Source: Candidatus Eiseniibacteriota bacterium
GTDB lineage: Bacteria; Eisenbacteria; RBG-16-71-46; CAIMUX01; WJJG01
Reading direction: 5' to 3'
NCBI GenBank assembly: GCA_030628905.1
Contig: DAOVQB010000003.1
Coordinates: 9-64,008 of the forward strand
Length of the DNA: 64,000 nt
Position numbers and translations under genes: made by a program. Positions 1-8,831 of this stretch are shown here, piece by piece (the first letter of the stretch is position 1; the number at the start of each line of letters is the position of its first letter). The notes beneath the pieces were generated by a model that searched no databases, was not told where the DNA came from, and saw only the letters and a list, made by a program, of their open reading frames with translations.

Positions 1-599
1 TCAGGTCCATTGATGGAAACGGTAGGGTCAACGCCAATCGAAGTGAGAGATTCGCCGCCGAAGGACTCCTCCAACCCCTCCACCTCGCAGCCATAGGTCA
101 GAACAAGCTCCCCGTCCTCGTCGGCGTAGAGCGAGATAGCCCCCAGCGGATCAGCCAAGCTCTCAGACAGAGAGTCTTCCAAGCCAACGGACAGAAAGTC
201 TGTCAAGCTCTCGGGCAGGGAATCGGTCAAAGCCTCTAGCAGGGAATCCGTCAGGGCCTCCAGCAGGGAATCCGTCAAGCCCTCCAGCAGGGAATCGGTC
301 AGAGCCTCCAGCAGAGAATCCGTCTGGGCCTCCACCAGGGGATCAAGCGGGGGGCCGGCCAGGTGGTCGGCTGCGACATCCGCCAAGCCATCGACGACAA
401 CCTCGGACGGGCCATGACCACGCGCCCCGCCTATGGCATCAATCTGCCGCTCACCCGCGAGCTGGCCCGCGGCTGGGCGGCAGAGACTGATTATGCACAC
501 TACACCCAGAAGGCACCCGAGCCAGCCCAGTCGGATGCGGGTGGACTCAGGTGACTGATCTAGCTGCGAGCAGTCCGCCCACACGCCGCCCCCCGACAT
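1..599 (-). CDS. Partial CDS whose 3' end lies beyond the window start; acidic low-complexity protein with tandem (A/G)LTDSLLE octapeptide repeats
   Basis: Minus-strand frame is open from the ATG at 599..597 (3 nt after the TAG of the upstream gene) to position 1. A 24-bp tandem DNA array (150-353) encodes the repeats. The plus-strand alternative (ORF 363..554) is only ~105 codons and has a TAG at 236-238. Confidence 0.3.
   Translation of the reverse strand, partial: MSGGGVWADCSQLDQSPESTRIRLGWLGCLLGVVCIISLCRPAAGQLAGERQIDAIGGARGHGPSEVVVDGLADVAADHLAGPPLDPLVEAQTDSLLEALTDSLLEGLTDSLLEALTDSLLEALTDSLPESLTDFLSVGLEDSLSESLADPLGAISLYADEDGELVLTYGCEVEGLEESFGGESLTSIGVDPTVSINGP
150..353. repeat. 24-bp tandem repeat array (~8 units, consensus ctccagcagggaatccgtcagggc, degenerating toward lower coordinates)
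   Basis: Direct reading: units at 210-233, 234-257, 258-281, 282-305, 306-329, 330-353 plus more diverged units upstream. Confidence 0.8.
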
Positions 600-602
600 T
601 GC

Positions 603-1742
603 CTATAACCCCGCCAACCTCGCCGCCTTCCGCAATAGGCGCTGGGCCGCCAGGGCGTGCTGGAGTGCCTGGCGCGTCTTGCCATCCGTGGCGAGATCCC
701 GCGCCCGGCGCAGCAATCTGCGGCCTTCATCCAACACGCGCTGCGCTTGCTCATCGCCTTCCGACTGTATCTCCGGACCCATCTCCGCATAGAGGGCAGA
801 GAGCTTCTCGATCACATCGAGAAGCTCGCGCCCCCCGGGGGCTGCACTTATCTGCGTGAGGAGCTGCAACGCCTTCTGCCGGGCTGCGAGGCTGAGGCGC
901 AGCGCCTGCTTCGGATCTCCCCCCTGCAGTCGCTCCCTGGCCTGCCCTAGAAGGCGTCGGGCCTCCTTCCGCAACTTGAAATCACCTGGGGGCCGATCCT
1001 GCTCGGCTAGCGTTGTCTCCACCTGTGCCAGGAGGGCTTCGGTTCGCTCAATCGATACCTCGGCCGCTGCTCCAGCAGAGATGCTCCGTCGTGCGATGCG
1101 CCCTGCGCGCTCCATCAGGCTCGTCGCCAGCGTGGCCAGCCTAGCTGCCTGGGCGTAGTGCCGGTCCCTGAATGCGCGCCTTGCGCGGCGCAGCTGCTCT
1201 ATCCCCTCGCGCAAAATCTGCATCGCCTGCGCGTTGCCAGAATCCCGCACGAGGGGACCGATTTCGTGAGCCCGTTCTTCTGCTCGCTCAATGGTGAGGT
1301 GCACGCTCTCCTGCGTTCTCTTCTCAATCCGCGTGGCGTCCAGGGCCTTGACCGCTTCCGTTCTGGCCTTCAGTGTCAGAATCACAACTTTGCGGTATGT
1401 TGGATCGCGCCGCCGGAATTCCTGCCAAGCTTTGCGCTGCAATTCAATGGCCCTGCGAAGATGATCGTGTGAGGCGATCGATGTGGCTTCCGCGGCCAGC
1501 TCCCTCGCCTTCTCAATGATCTGATCCGTCTTCTCAAGCGCACGCAGGACGCTGGTGCGATCCACTTCCGACTGCGCTAGTGCAGGTGCGACTGAGAGCA
1601 AGCCAAACAGGCCGAGCAACAGTAGGCTCACCCCCAGCCTGAACTTCTCACCAACCTTCTGCTCGGGCTGCGCATCTGCGTGCCCTGGCTGGCGAATCTT
1701 CGCCACTGTGCTGTCATGCTGGCTGTGAACCATGGCGGACAC
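603..1742 (-). CDS. Secreted/periplasmic all-helical repeat protein (hypothetical)
   Basis: N-terminal signal peptide (LLLLGLFGLLSVAPALAQS). About four ~70-aa Arg/Ala-rich helical hairpin repeats. Lies 22 bp downstream of the response regulator on the same strand. Confidence 0.6.
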   Translation of the reverse strand: MSAMVHSQHDSTVAKIRQPGHADAQPEQKVGEKFRLGVSLLLLGLFGLLSVAPALAQSEVDRTSVLRALEKTDQIIEKARELAAEATSIASHDHLRRAIELQRKAWQEFRRRDPTYRKVVILTLKARTEAVKALDATRIEKRTQESVHLTIERAEERAHEIGPLVRDSGNAQAMQILREGIEQLRRARRAFRDRHYAQAARLATLATSLMERAGRIARRSISAGAAAEVSIERTEALLAQVETTLAEQDRPPGDFKLRKEARRLLGQARERLQGGDPKQALRLSLAARQKALQLLTQISAAPGGRELLDVIEKLSALYAEMGPEIQSEGDEQAQRVLDEGRRLLRRARDLATDGKTRQALQHALAAQRLLRKAARLAGL

Positions 1743-1764
1743 TCCCGTGGACCTTGCGGTACAC

Positions 1765-3294
1765 TTAGGGCTTGATCCTATAGCGCTCCATCCTCGAGTA
1801 GAGCGTCCTGCGCGTCAGCCCAAGCAACGCGGCCGCTCTGCTTTTATTCCCATTGGCCTTGCGGAGGGCTTTCATGATCAGCTGCTTCTCCACCTCCTCC
1901 AGGACCAAGCCCTCATCCGGTATCTCGATGCCTTCCAATGTGTTGGAAGCTTGATCCGGTTGGGGGTACTGGATCAGCTCTGGGCCAACCGGCCCTTCTC
2001 CAGCCAGGATCAGGGCCCTCTCGAGGATATTCTCGAGTTCCCGGACGTTCCCCGCAAGCGGGTGTTGCAGAAGCGCTTTCATGGCTTTCGGGGAGATTGC
2101 GCCCGGGTTCACACCCTTGAGCCTCAAGAAACGTTCCACCAGCGGTGGAACATCCTCACTGCGATCGCGCAAGGGGGGGATCAGGATCGGGAAGACATTG
2201 AGCCGATAGAAGAGGTCTTCTCGGAAGTCACCCGCTGCGATCGCCTTTTCCAGTACGCGGTTGGTCGCCGCCAGTATGCGCACATCGACGGTGATTGGCT
2301 GGGTGCCTCCAACTCGCAGGAAGGTCCGGTCCTCGATCACCTGCAGCAGCTTCAACTGGATCGATGGTGAAATGTCACCGATCTCATCCAGGAACAGGGT
2401 CCCGCCATCGGCGACGGAGAAAAGCCCGTCCTTCTGCCGAATCGCACCAGTGAAGGCGCCCCTCTCGTGCCCGAAGAGTTCGCTCTCGAGCAACGATTCA
2501 GGCAGAGCGCTGCAGTTGATCTTGAGAAAGGAGCGGGATCGCCGGCTGCTTGCCAGATGAATCGCCCGGGCGAGTACCGACTTGCCCGTCCCGCTTTCAC
2601 CTCGGATCAGGACGATGGCATTGGTGGCGGCAACCTTGCGCGCGAGGCAAAAGACTTCCTTCATCACCGGACTGCGCGCAATTAGGTGCTCGAAGGAATT
2701 GTATGATTGCGAGAGCCCTTCAAGTGTCTCCACCCTACGGGCGAGAGCTTCCCGTTCAGTCTCGAGCCGCGCGCGCTCCTCCTCGAGCCGCGCGCTCGCG
2801 CGGGCCAGCCGATAGCGCTCGAACAGGCGCCCGACGCGCAGGAGCATCTCAAACTCCTTGTACGGCTTCTCGACGTATTCGAGTGCGCCCTCTTTCATCG
2901 CCTCGCGCGCAGTCTCACGCGTGGCAAAGGCCGTGAGCAGCATCACCTCCGTATCGGGCCATTGCTTCTTGATTGTGCGCAGCAACTCCAACCCGTCGGG
3001 CGGTGGCATCCGCAGATCCGTGATGACCAAATGGAACGGTGCCGGCTCAGAGGCTCCGAGCGCATCGAGTGCTTCTCGACCCGAACCGGCGGTGGCCACA
3101 TGGTAGCCCTCTTCGGAGAGGAGATCCTCGAGACTCCGCAGGATTGCAGCCTCGTCATCCACCACAAGGATGCGGAATCCCCTCGTTTCCGGCCCTTCAA
3201 CTCGCCCGTCCGGATCAGGCGCACCCTGTGCTCCACGATCCGTTCGCTTGGCATGCTTCTCACCCGCCATCCGCTGCACCCTCCTACTCCGCAT
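1765..3294 (-). CDS. Sigma-54-dependent response regulator, NtrC/Fis family
   Basis: Receiver domain (ILVVDDEAAILRSL...D...), AAA+ sigma-54 interaction domain (GESGTGKSVLARAIH, GAFTGA), C-terminal Fis-type HTH. Confidence 0.9.
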   Translation of the reverse strand: MRSRRVQRMAGEKHAKRTDRGAQGAPDPDGRVEGPETRGFRILVVDDEAAILRSLEDLLSEEGYHVATAGSGREALDALGASEPAPFHLVITDLRMPPPDGLELLRTIKKQWPDTEVMLLTAFATRETAREAMKEGALEYVEKPYKEFEMLLRVGRLFERYRLARASARLEEERARLETEREALARRVETLEGLSQSYNSFEHLIARSPVMKEVFCLARKVAATNAIVLIRGESGTGKSVLARAIHLASSRRSRSFLKINCSALPESLLESELFGHERGAFTGAIRQKDGLFSVADGGTLFLDEIGDISPSIQLKLLQVIEDRTFLRVGGTQPITVDVRILAATNRVLEKAIAAGDFREDLFYRLNVFPILIPPLRDRSEDVPPLVERFLRLKGVNPGAISPKAMKALLQHPLAGNVRELENILERALILAGEGPVGPELIQYPQPDQASNTLEGIEIPDEGLVLEEVEKQLIMKALRKANGNKSRAAALLGLTRRTLYSRMERYRIKP

Positions 3295-4654
3295 CGGCCA
3301 TTCGGATCCAGACGGTGAAGGTCGTACCCCGTCCCTCTTCGCTCTCCAGATCGACGCGCCCCCCGTAGAGATCGAGCATCGATCGCACGACCGCCAGCCC
3401 GAGCCCCGACCCTCCGGATTTCGTCGTGTAGAAACGCTCGAATGCGTGGCGCTGCTGCTTCTGGTTCATTCCGCAGCCGTTGTCGGAAATCCGGATCATC
3501 AGCTGATCTCCTGCCTTGCGGGCCGTGATCACTACCCTGCCCCCCTCGGGCATGGCATCGCGCGCATTCAGGAAAAGATTCAGCAGGATCTGGTGGAGAG
3601 CAGTCGGGGCTATTGCCAGGCGCACATGCCCAACATCCTTGTCGCCGCGTTCTACTGTGATGCCCTTGCGGACGAAGTCCCCTCCCAGCAGCGAGAGCGC
3701 CGCATCAATGGTCGCTCCGAGCGCCACGGCTTCACCCTGCAGGTCAGTGGGGCGGGCGAAGGAAAGGTACTGGGTCAGGACCTGGTTCAATCGGTCCACT
3801 TCCCGCGGGATGGCTTCAAACCACGTGAGCACATCCTCGGCAGGCTTGCCCCGCGCGATCTTCGCCTGAACCCGCTCGGCACACGCAGAGATGATCGCCA
3901 ATGGGTTGCGGATTTCATGGGCCAGGATGGCAGCCAGCTCACCAGCGGCCGCCAAGGCAGCGGTCTCACGCAGCGTCCGCGCCGCCATGGCCTGTGCTCG
4001 GAGGAGTCGGGAGAAGAACAGCGTCAGTCCAAGAATGGCCGCCATGCCCGCAGCTCCACTAACGAGCACCTGGCGCCTGAGGTTCCAGAGTCCCTGGAAG
4101 AATCCAGAGCCCCCTTCCACGGCAATCGCACCGAGGACCTCCCCCCGGCTGCCGAGGACGGGAGCGAACGCCGTCTCCAGATAGACCTGTCCGACCCGGT
4201 ATAGGTCGCTCGCGGTTGCCACGCCGGCCAGGGCAGCCGTAACCGCCCCGAAGTGCAGCTCCAGCGCCGGATGCTCATAACCAGGAGGCCACCTGCCATC
4301 GGGATCCAAGAGATGACGGCGTTCCAGGTCGATCAGATAAATCTCGCCCAGGTCAGTTTCGATACGGATCCGCTCCATCAAGGACCGGAGCCGCTCTGTC
4401 GCTTCGCCCTCGGCCTCACGCTGCACAGCCTCGAAGTCGGAGGGCGAAACACCGGCCGCAGCGGCGCACGCGATGGCGAGGAGTCTCTGACCCAACTCCT
4501 CCTCAATCGTCCCGCGCACCTGGCGGTAGGTCACGAAGAGGCCCGCGTTGAGGACCAACAGCAGCAGGATCAAGAAGAGCCCCAGCAGCAGCCAGCCCGA
4601 GAATGGCCCGATCCCCCGGTGCCTGATCCGGCCTGTCTTCTCAAGCCTGGTCAC
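3284..4654 (-). CDS. Sensor histidine kinase (membrane-anchored)
   Basis: H-box HEIRNPLAI, G-box DNGCGM, N-terminal TM helix. Overlaps the RR gene by 11 nt (operon). Start placed at GTG 4654..4652 just before the TM helix; the longest ORF reaches ATG 4897 but includes a C10 tract and implausible N-terminal sequence. Confidence 0.8.
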   Translation of the reverse strand: MTRLEKTGRIRHRGIGPFSGWLLLGLFLILLLLVLNAGLFVTYRQVRGTIEEELGQRLLAIACAAAAGVSPSDFEAVQREAEGEATERLRSLMERIRIETDLGEIYLIDLERRHLLDPDGRWPPGYEHPALELHFGAVTAALAGVATASDLYRVGQVYLETAFAPVLGSRGEVLGAIAVEGGSGFFQGLWNLRRQVLVSGAAGMAAILGLTLFFSRLLRAQAMAARTLRETAALAAAGELAAILAHEIRNPLAIISACAERVQAKIARGKPAEDVLTWFEAIPREVDRLNQVLTQYLSFARPTDLQGEAVALGATIDAALSLLGGDFVRKGITVERGDKDVGHVRLAIAPTALHQILLNLFLNARDAMPEGGRVVITARKAGDQLMIRISDNGCGMNQKQQRHAFERFYTTKSGGSGLGLAVVRSMLDLYGGRVDLESEEGRGTTFTVWIRMADAE

Positions 4655-4660
4655 CCGATG

Positions 4661-4670
4661 CCCCCCCCCC
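4661..4670. repeat. Homopolymeric C10 (G10 on coding strand) tract at the 5' end / putative RBS region of the histidine kinase gene
   Basis: Ten consecutive C at 4661-4670, immediately upstream of the proposed GTG start and inside the longest ORF. Confidence 0.9.
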
Positions 4671-5571
4671 GCGCTCGTGTGGAGTTCACGTGCGGGCGGA
4701 TGATACAGTGCGCGCTCTGAACGAGCAGCAGAAAACAAAATGATGCTGCGCGCAAGGCAGACACCTGCTCCTTCCTCAACGCCCGTAAAGTCGCCTCCCC
4801 TCGCAATCGCAGCGCCCCACATTGATCTACGCCGGGAGGGATCGTCTACACACATGCCTATAAAGCAATAGACCCGTACTGGCGGGTACGGGTCCATTGA
4901 GGAATCAGCAGATTTTTCGAGTGATCTTACTCAAAGAGAGTCTTGATCGAACCCCAGGTGGCCAACTCGACAGGCGAGCTACCCTCATCGAACCAAATAC
5001 CGATGCCAAAGCTGTTGACCGAAACCCAAGACGAGATCATGCTGGGGTTAATCCAGCCGTCCTCGTAGTGCTAGGTCCAAGCAGCATAGCTGGGCCAACT
5101 ATTCTGGTCGATCAAGCAGAAGTAACCGTATCGTGTTTTTCCTTTCGACAGTTGTCTGTCCAAGAGCTGTCAAACCACAGTTACATTGACCAAACGCCCA
5201 TCCCTCGAAGGACGCCCCCAGGCAACTGCGACCCACCCATCCCCACAACCCAAATGCGTTCTTTGCACATCACCCCTTTCCGGTTGTCCTCAGCTGTCAG
5301 CATCCTCTCGGCGCTGACTCATCAATTATGCTGGACGATCCTCGGATTGTCAACACCTAGGAGCCATCCCGTGATCTTGCGCTCTCACAAGTGATTGGTG
5401 GGCAAGGTCGATCCGCCCGGGGCCTCGGCGGGTGCGGGTAGGGCCATCGAACATCGATGCTTTTGTAGGGGTCGAATCCGCGGGCGGATCAAGGGACAGC
5501 TCATTATCCTATGCCGACACGCTCTTCGAAGGCCTTGGTATGTCCGGTTCAGCCAAAAGGTAACCGAGGAG

Positions 5572-5676
5572 CCGAGGCCGGGGCCGCATAACGGCCCGAA
5601 GCGAATCGGTCGCGCCTGCCCCGTCCAGGGGCAGGCGCAAGTTGAGCGCCGGGCCTTTATGCGGCCCCGGTCTCGG
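5572..5676 (+). repeat. 105-nt structured repeat element copy 1 (terminal 20-bp inverted repeats plus internal 11-bp stem-loop); REP/MITE-like or small structured RNA
   Basis: ~90% identical to 12553-12657. Outer inverted repeat ccgaggccggggccgcataa / ttatgcggccccggtctcgg. Inner hairpin gcgcctgcccc-gtcca-ggggcaggcgc. Confidence 0.75.
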
Positions 5677-5723
5677 CGGAGCTTGGTGGAGAAATCAGGC
5701 CTTAGGTCCTTGCGGATCCGGCC

Positions 5724-6818
5724 TTAGGCATGCGCGCGCTCAAAGTGGAAACCGCATTCCTCCAGATGGCGAATTGAGGGCAGCAGGTCCTCCTCGCGCA
5801 CATCCAGCGTGATATTGACTGGCTCGGTCAACTCCTCGTGGATCGTTTCGCTGATCACATCGAAACCAACGACGCCTTCGCCGCAGGCCATGTGCTGGTC
5901 CGCCATACCGTCATTGTCGTGAAATCCGAAGCTGGCAATCCGGTCGCGGAACTGGACGATCCAGTCCTCCGGGGCGAACTGCGAGAAGCAAGCGGCATGT
6001 CCGACATCGCAGCAGAAGCGGAACCATGGTGAGTCGACGGCATCATACAGCCGACCGATGACCGCCTCATCCGATTCCCAGGTGTTCTCAAGAGCGACGA
6101 TGACTTCCTCTTCTTTGGCGCGGGAGACCAAGTCCTCAAGCGCTACGATGCACTCCGCCACCCACCAATCAATGTCCTTGGGTTTGACGTGATTGCTGAA
6201 ACCACTCTGAAAGATGGCGATCCGGGCGCCTAGGATTTTGCCGATCTCCAACCCTTCCTGAACCGCATCCATGCTGTGCTGGAGAATCATTTTGTCGTGA
6301 CTCGCCAGCTTGAGATCATGGTGGGGCAGGTGGGCTATCACCTTGATCTTGTTGCGCCTCAGCTCGATGGCCAGCCGCTCCAGCTCCCGGATCGTGATCT
6401 CCCCATTATAAGTCGTGTCGGAGAGATCTACCTCCACGTTCAGCCCGTGGTCCAAGAGGAAAGGAATGCGCTCGCGGAGAGTGGCCAGGGGCACGGGATA
6501 GGAGAGCGGAAAGCGTAGCTCGCGCTTCTCGGGAGCAGCCTCTTCAGGTTCCTCTGAGGGTTGGATTTCTTCCGAAGGGGGCACCGCCGCTTTTCCTTCG
6601 GTTCCCTCGGTGACCTGCGGCGTGACCTTGGCGCTCGGAGCGGGATCATCCCCACCGACCACCGCCGTCACCTGACCCTCCACGCCATGCGGGATCAGCG
6701 TGCTATCATCGTGCAGCATTCGCCCCAAGGCCTGGTCTTTTTCCAAGGTTCCCCTTCCTTCCTTCCGCCCTGGACGGTGACCGGGAGCTTTGGCCTCCGC
6801 CGTTTCGCGGGTGGTCAT
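5724..6818 (-). CDS. Sugar phosphate isomerase/epimerase (xylose-isomerase-like TIM barrel) with ~130-aa disordered acidic N-terminal extension
   Basis: C-terminal 230 aa match AP-endonuclease-2/xylose-isomerase-like TIM barrel signatures (VIAHLPH..., ALENTWES, CCDVGHA). Lies 3 bp downstream of etfA. Confidence 0.7.
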   Translation of the reverse strand: MTTRETAEAKAPGHRPGRKEGRGTLEKDQALGRMLHDDSTLIPHGVEGQVTAVVGGDDPAPSAKVTPQVTEGTEGKAAVPPSEEIQPSEEPEEAAPEKRELRFPLSYPVPLATLRERIPFLLDHGLNVEVDLSDTTYNGEITIRELERLAIELRRNKIKVIAHLPHHDLKLASHDKMILQHSMDAVQEGLEIGKILGARIAIFQSGFSNHVKPKDIDWWVAECIVALEDLVSRAKEEEVIVALENTWESDEAVIGRLYDAVDSPWFRFCCDVGHAACFSQFAPEDWIVQFRDRIASFGFHDNDGMADQHMACGEGVVGFDVISETIHEELTEPVNITLDVREEDLLPSIRHLEECGFHFERAHA

Positions 6819-6821
6819 CTC

Positions 6822-7787
6822 CTATCCCTTCACCTTTGCGATTGCGTCGGTGAGCACAGGTAGGACCTTGAACAGGTCTCCCACAATCCCGTAGTCGGCC
6901 ATGTTGAAGATCGGAGCATCGGGATCCTTGTTTATCGCCAAAATACACTTCGAGGTGCGCATGCCAGCTAGGTGTTGAATGGCCCCAGAGATCCCAACGG
7001 CTACGTATAACTTTGGTGAAACCGTCTTTCCCGTCTGGCCAACCTGGTGGGCGTGATCGATCCAGCCGGCATCCACGGCAGCGCGGGATGCACCGACGGC
7101 CGCTCCCAATGTCTGGGCCAGTTGCTCAACCAGGTCAAAGTTCTTGGGATCCTTCAGACCGCGCCCGCCCGAGACGATGGTGTCGGCCTCCTGCACATCC
7201 AAGACGCCCTCTTCCTGCTTGAGGACCTGTGTGACTTTAACACGGCTGTCGGCAGGCAAGTCCACGGCCAGCGGCTGCACTGTGGCCAAGGTATCCGACG
7301 ATTCGGGTACCGGGTAGGCACTGGGCCGTATGGTGGCCATCGCTGGTTTACGGGTGGTGCGCACCGTTGCGAACACCTTGCCACCATAAATCGATTTTGT
7401 GGCCTCGAAAGCGCCATCGGTCTCCTCAAGCGTAATGCAGTTGCTCAGGATAGCCAGCCCCTTGCGGGCGGCCACACGCGGGGCCAGGTCCTTCCCCATC
7501 GCCGTTGCGACTATGATCACCAGGTCCGGCTCTAGCGCCTCAAAGGCAGCGGTCAGCGCTGCAGCATAGCCGTCGCTCCAATAACGATCCAGGGACGGAT
7601 CCTCCACCGTATGGACTATCTGAGCGCCATAATTTCCGAGCGTGGGGGCAATCGTCGAGATGGAACTCCCGACAACCAGCGCGTGCACATCATCAGTTAG
7701 GTCCTTCGCCCGACCGATCGCCTCGAATGCGCTCTTGCGGAAGTTGCCTTCCCTTTGCTCCGCAAACACCAGGATTCGACCCGCCAT
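6822..7787 (-). CDS. etfA: Electron transfer flavoprotein alpha subunit
   Basis: Typical EtfA N-terminus and FAD-binding C-terminal region (AVGISGAIQHLAGM). Confidence 0.9.
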   Translation of the reverse strand: MAGRILVFAEQREGNFRKSAFEAIGRAKDLTDDVHALVVGSSISTIAPTLGNYGAQIVHTVEDPSLDRYWSDGYAAALTAAFEALEPDLVIIVATAMGKDLAPRVAARKGLAILSNCITLEETDGAFEATKSIYGGKVFATVRTTRKPAMATIRPSAYPVPESSDTLATVQPLAVDLPADSRVKVTQVLKQEEGVLDVQEADTIVSGGRGLKDPKNFDLVEQLAQTLGAAVGASRAAVDAGWIDHAHQVGQTGKTVSPKLYVAVGISGAIQHLAGMRTSKCILAINKDPDAPIFNMADYGIVGDLFKVLPVLTDAIAKVKG

Positions 7788-7804
7788 CCTGAACCTTACC
7801 TCCC

Positions 7805-8596
7805 CTAGAAAACCTTGGCTTCCGTTTTCAGCAACTCGACAACCTTGGGTACGACCTCATCTGGCTCACCCTCGAACTTCTGGCCGCCGCCGCGGGCGGG
7901 GGGAGGTAACATCTCCACAATCCGAACCCCCGCGGCCGCGCTGGCAACCTCTGCGGCCGGGATTGACGGGGTGACCTCTTCGATCGGCTTGCGCTTGGAT
8001 TGCATGATCCCCTTGAGGGAGGCGTAACGGGGCTCATTGAGTCCCTTTTCCGTAGTCAGCACAGCCGGAAGGCTCACTTCCACCTCCTCTTGACCGCCCT
8101 CGATGGCCCGGTAGGTCTTGGCCTTGCCATTATCCTCCCACTCGAGCTTGTGGATCATCGAGACGTGGGGCCAGCCGAGGTACTCGGCCAGCGCAATGCC
8201 CACGCAATCACTCTCAACATCGATGCTGAGCTTTCCGGCCAGCACCAGGTCAGGATCCAGGGTCCTGATCACGTCGGCCAGGATACGAGCCGTGGCCAGA
8301 CCATCGCCCCCCTGGTAGGCGTCATCTGTTACTATGACCCCTCGGTCTGCGCCCATGGCCAGGCAGGAGCGGATGGCTTCCTTCGCTTTCTCCGGTCCCA
8401 CCGTGACGATGATCACCTCGCCCTCCCCTCTGGAGTCCTTGATCCTGAGGGCTTCTTCCAGCGCGTATTCATCGTATGGGCTTACAACCATTTCAACATC
8501 CGTGCGGTCGATCGACACCCCATCCGAAGCTACGACAATACGCGCCTCAGAACTTGGAACCTGCTTCATACACACAACAACCTTCACAGGTGGCAT
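7805..8596 (-). CDS. etfB: Electron transfer flavoprotein beta subunit
   Basis: VKVVVCMKQVP... EtfB signature. Sits directly upstream of etfA. Confidence 0.9.
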   Translation of the reverse strand: MPPVKVVVCMKQVPSSEARIVVASDGVSIDRTDVEMVVSPYDEYALEEALRIKDSRGEGEVIIVTVGPEKAKEAIRSCLAMGADRGVIVTDDAYQGGDGLATARILADVIRTLDPDLVLAGKLSIDVESDCVGIALAEYLGWPHVSMIHKLEWEDNGKAKTYRAIEGGQEEVEVSLPAVLTTEKGLNEPRYASLKGIMQSKRKPIEEVTPSIPAAEVASAAAGVRIVEMLPPPARGGGQKFEGEPDEVVPKVVELLKTEAKVF

Positions 8597-8831
8597 CCTC
8601 CCCGCGTCAAATCAGCTCGACAACAACCCCCGTTTTTCAAGGAACCGGCCACTAAAAGAAACGAGCCTCCGCGGGGCACTTCGCCTCGAGCGGAGCGCTC
8701 GTTCAGCTCGTCCTGCCTCTGCCTCACCGATGAGTGCCTGCCCCCCGGATATGCCGCACCCGCGCGTGCTCGGTTAGAAGCACTGGGCATTCCGAATTCG
8801 CAATTTACCAAACCGCTGAAACACGGTCAAT

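Noticed and set aside
363-554. Plus-strand ORF (63 aa), extendable upstream to 239, over the 24-bp repeat array
   Set aside because: The minus strand is open for >600 nt to the window edge with a start codon coupled to the upstream gene's stop. The plus frame has a TAG at 236-238, is short, and its translation is implausible.
5461-5490. tRNA-like T-loop sequence GGTCGAATCC
   Set aside because: Flanks do not form a T-stem, acceptor stem or anticodon arm; it is not a tRNA gene.
4897-5727. Two plus-strand ORFs (165 and 110 aa) in the low-GC island
   Set aside because: Translations are low-complexity and non-protein-like (no motifs, odd composition). The region looks non-coding or remnant, and the second ORF runs through the structured 105-nt repeat.
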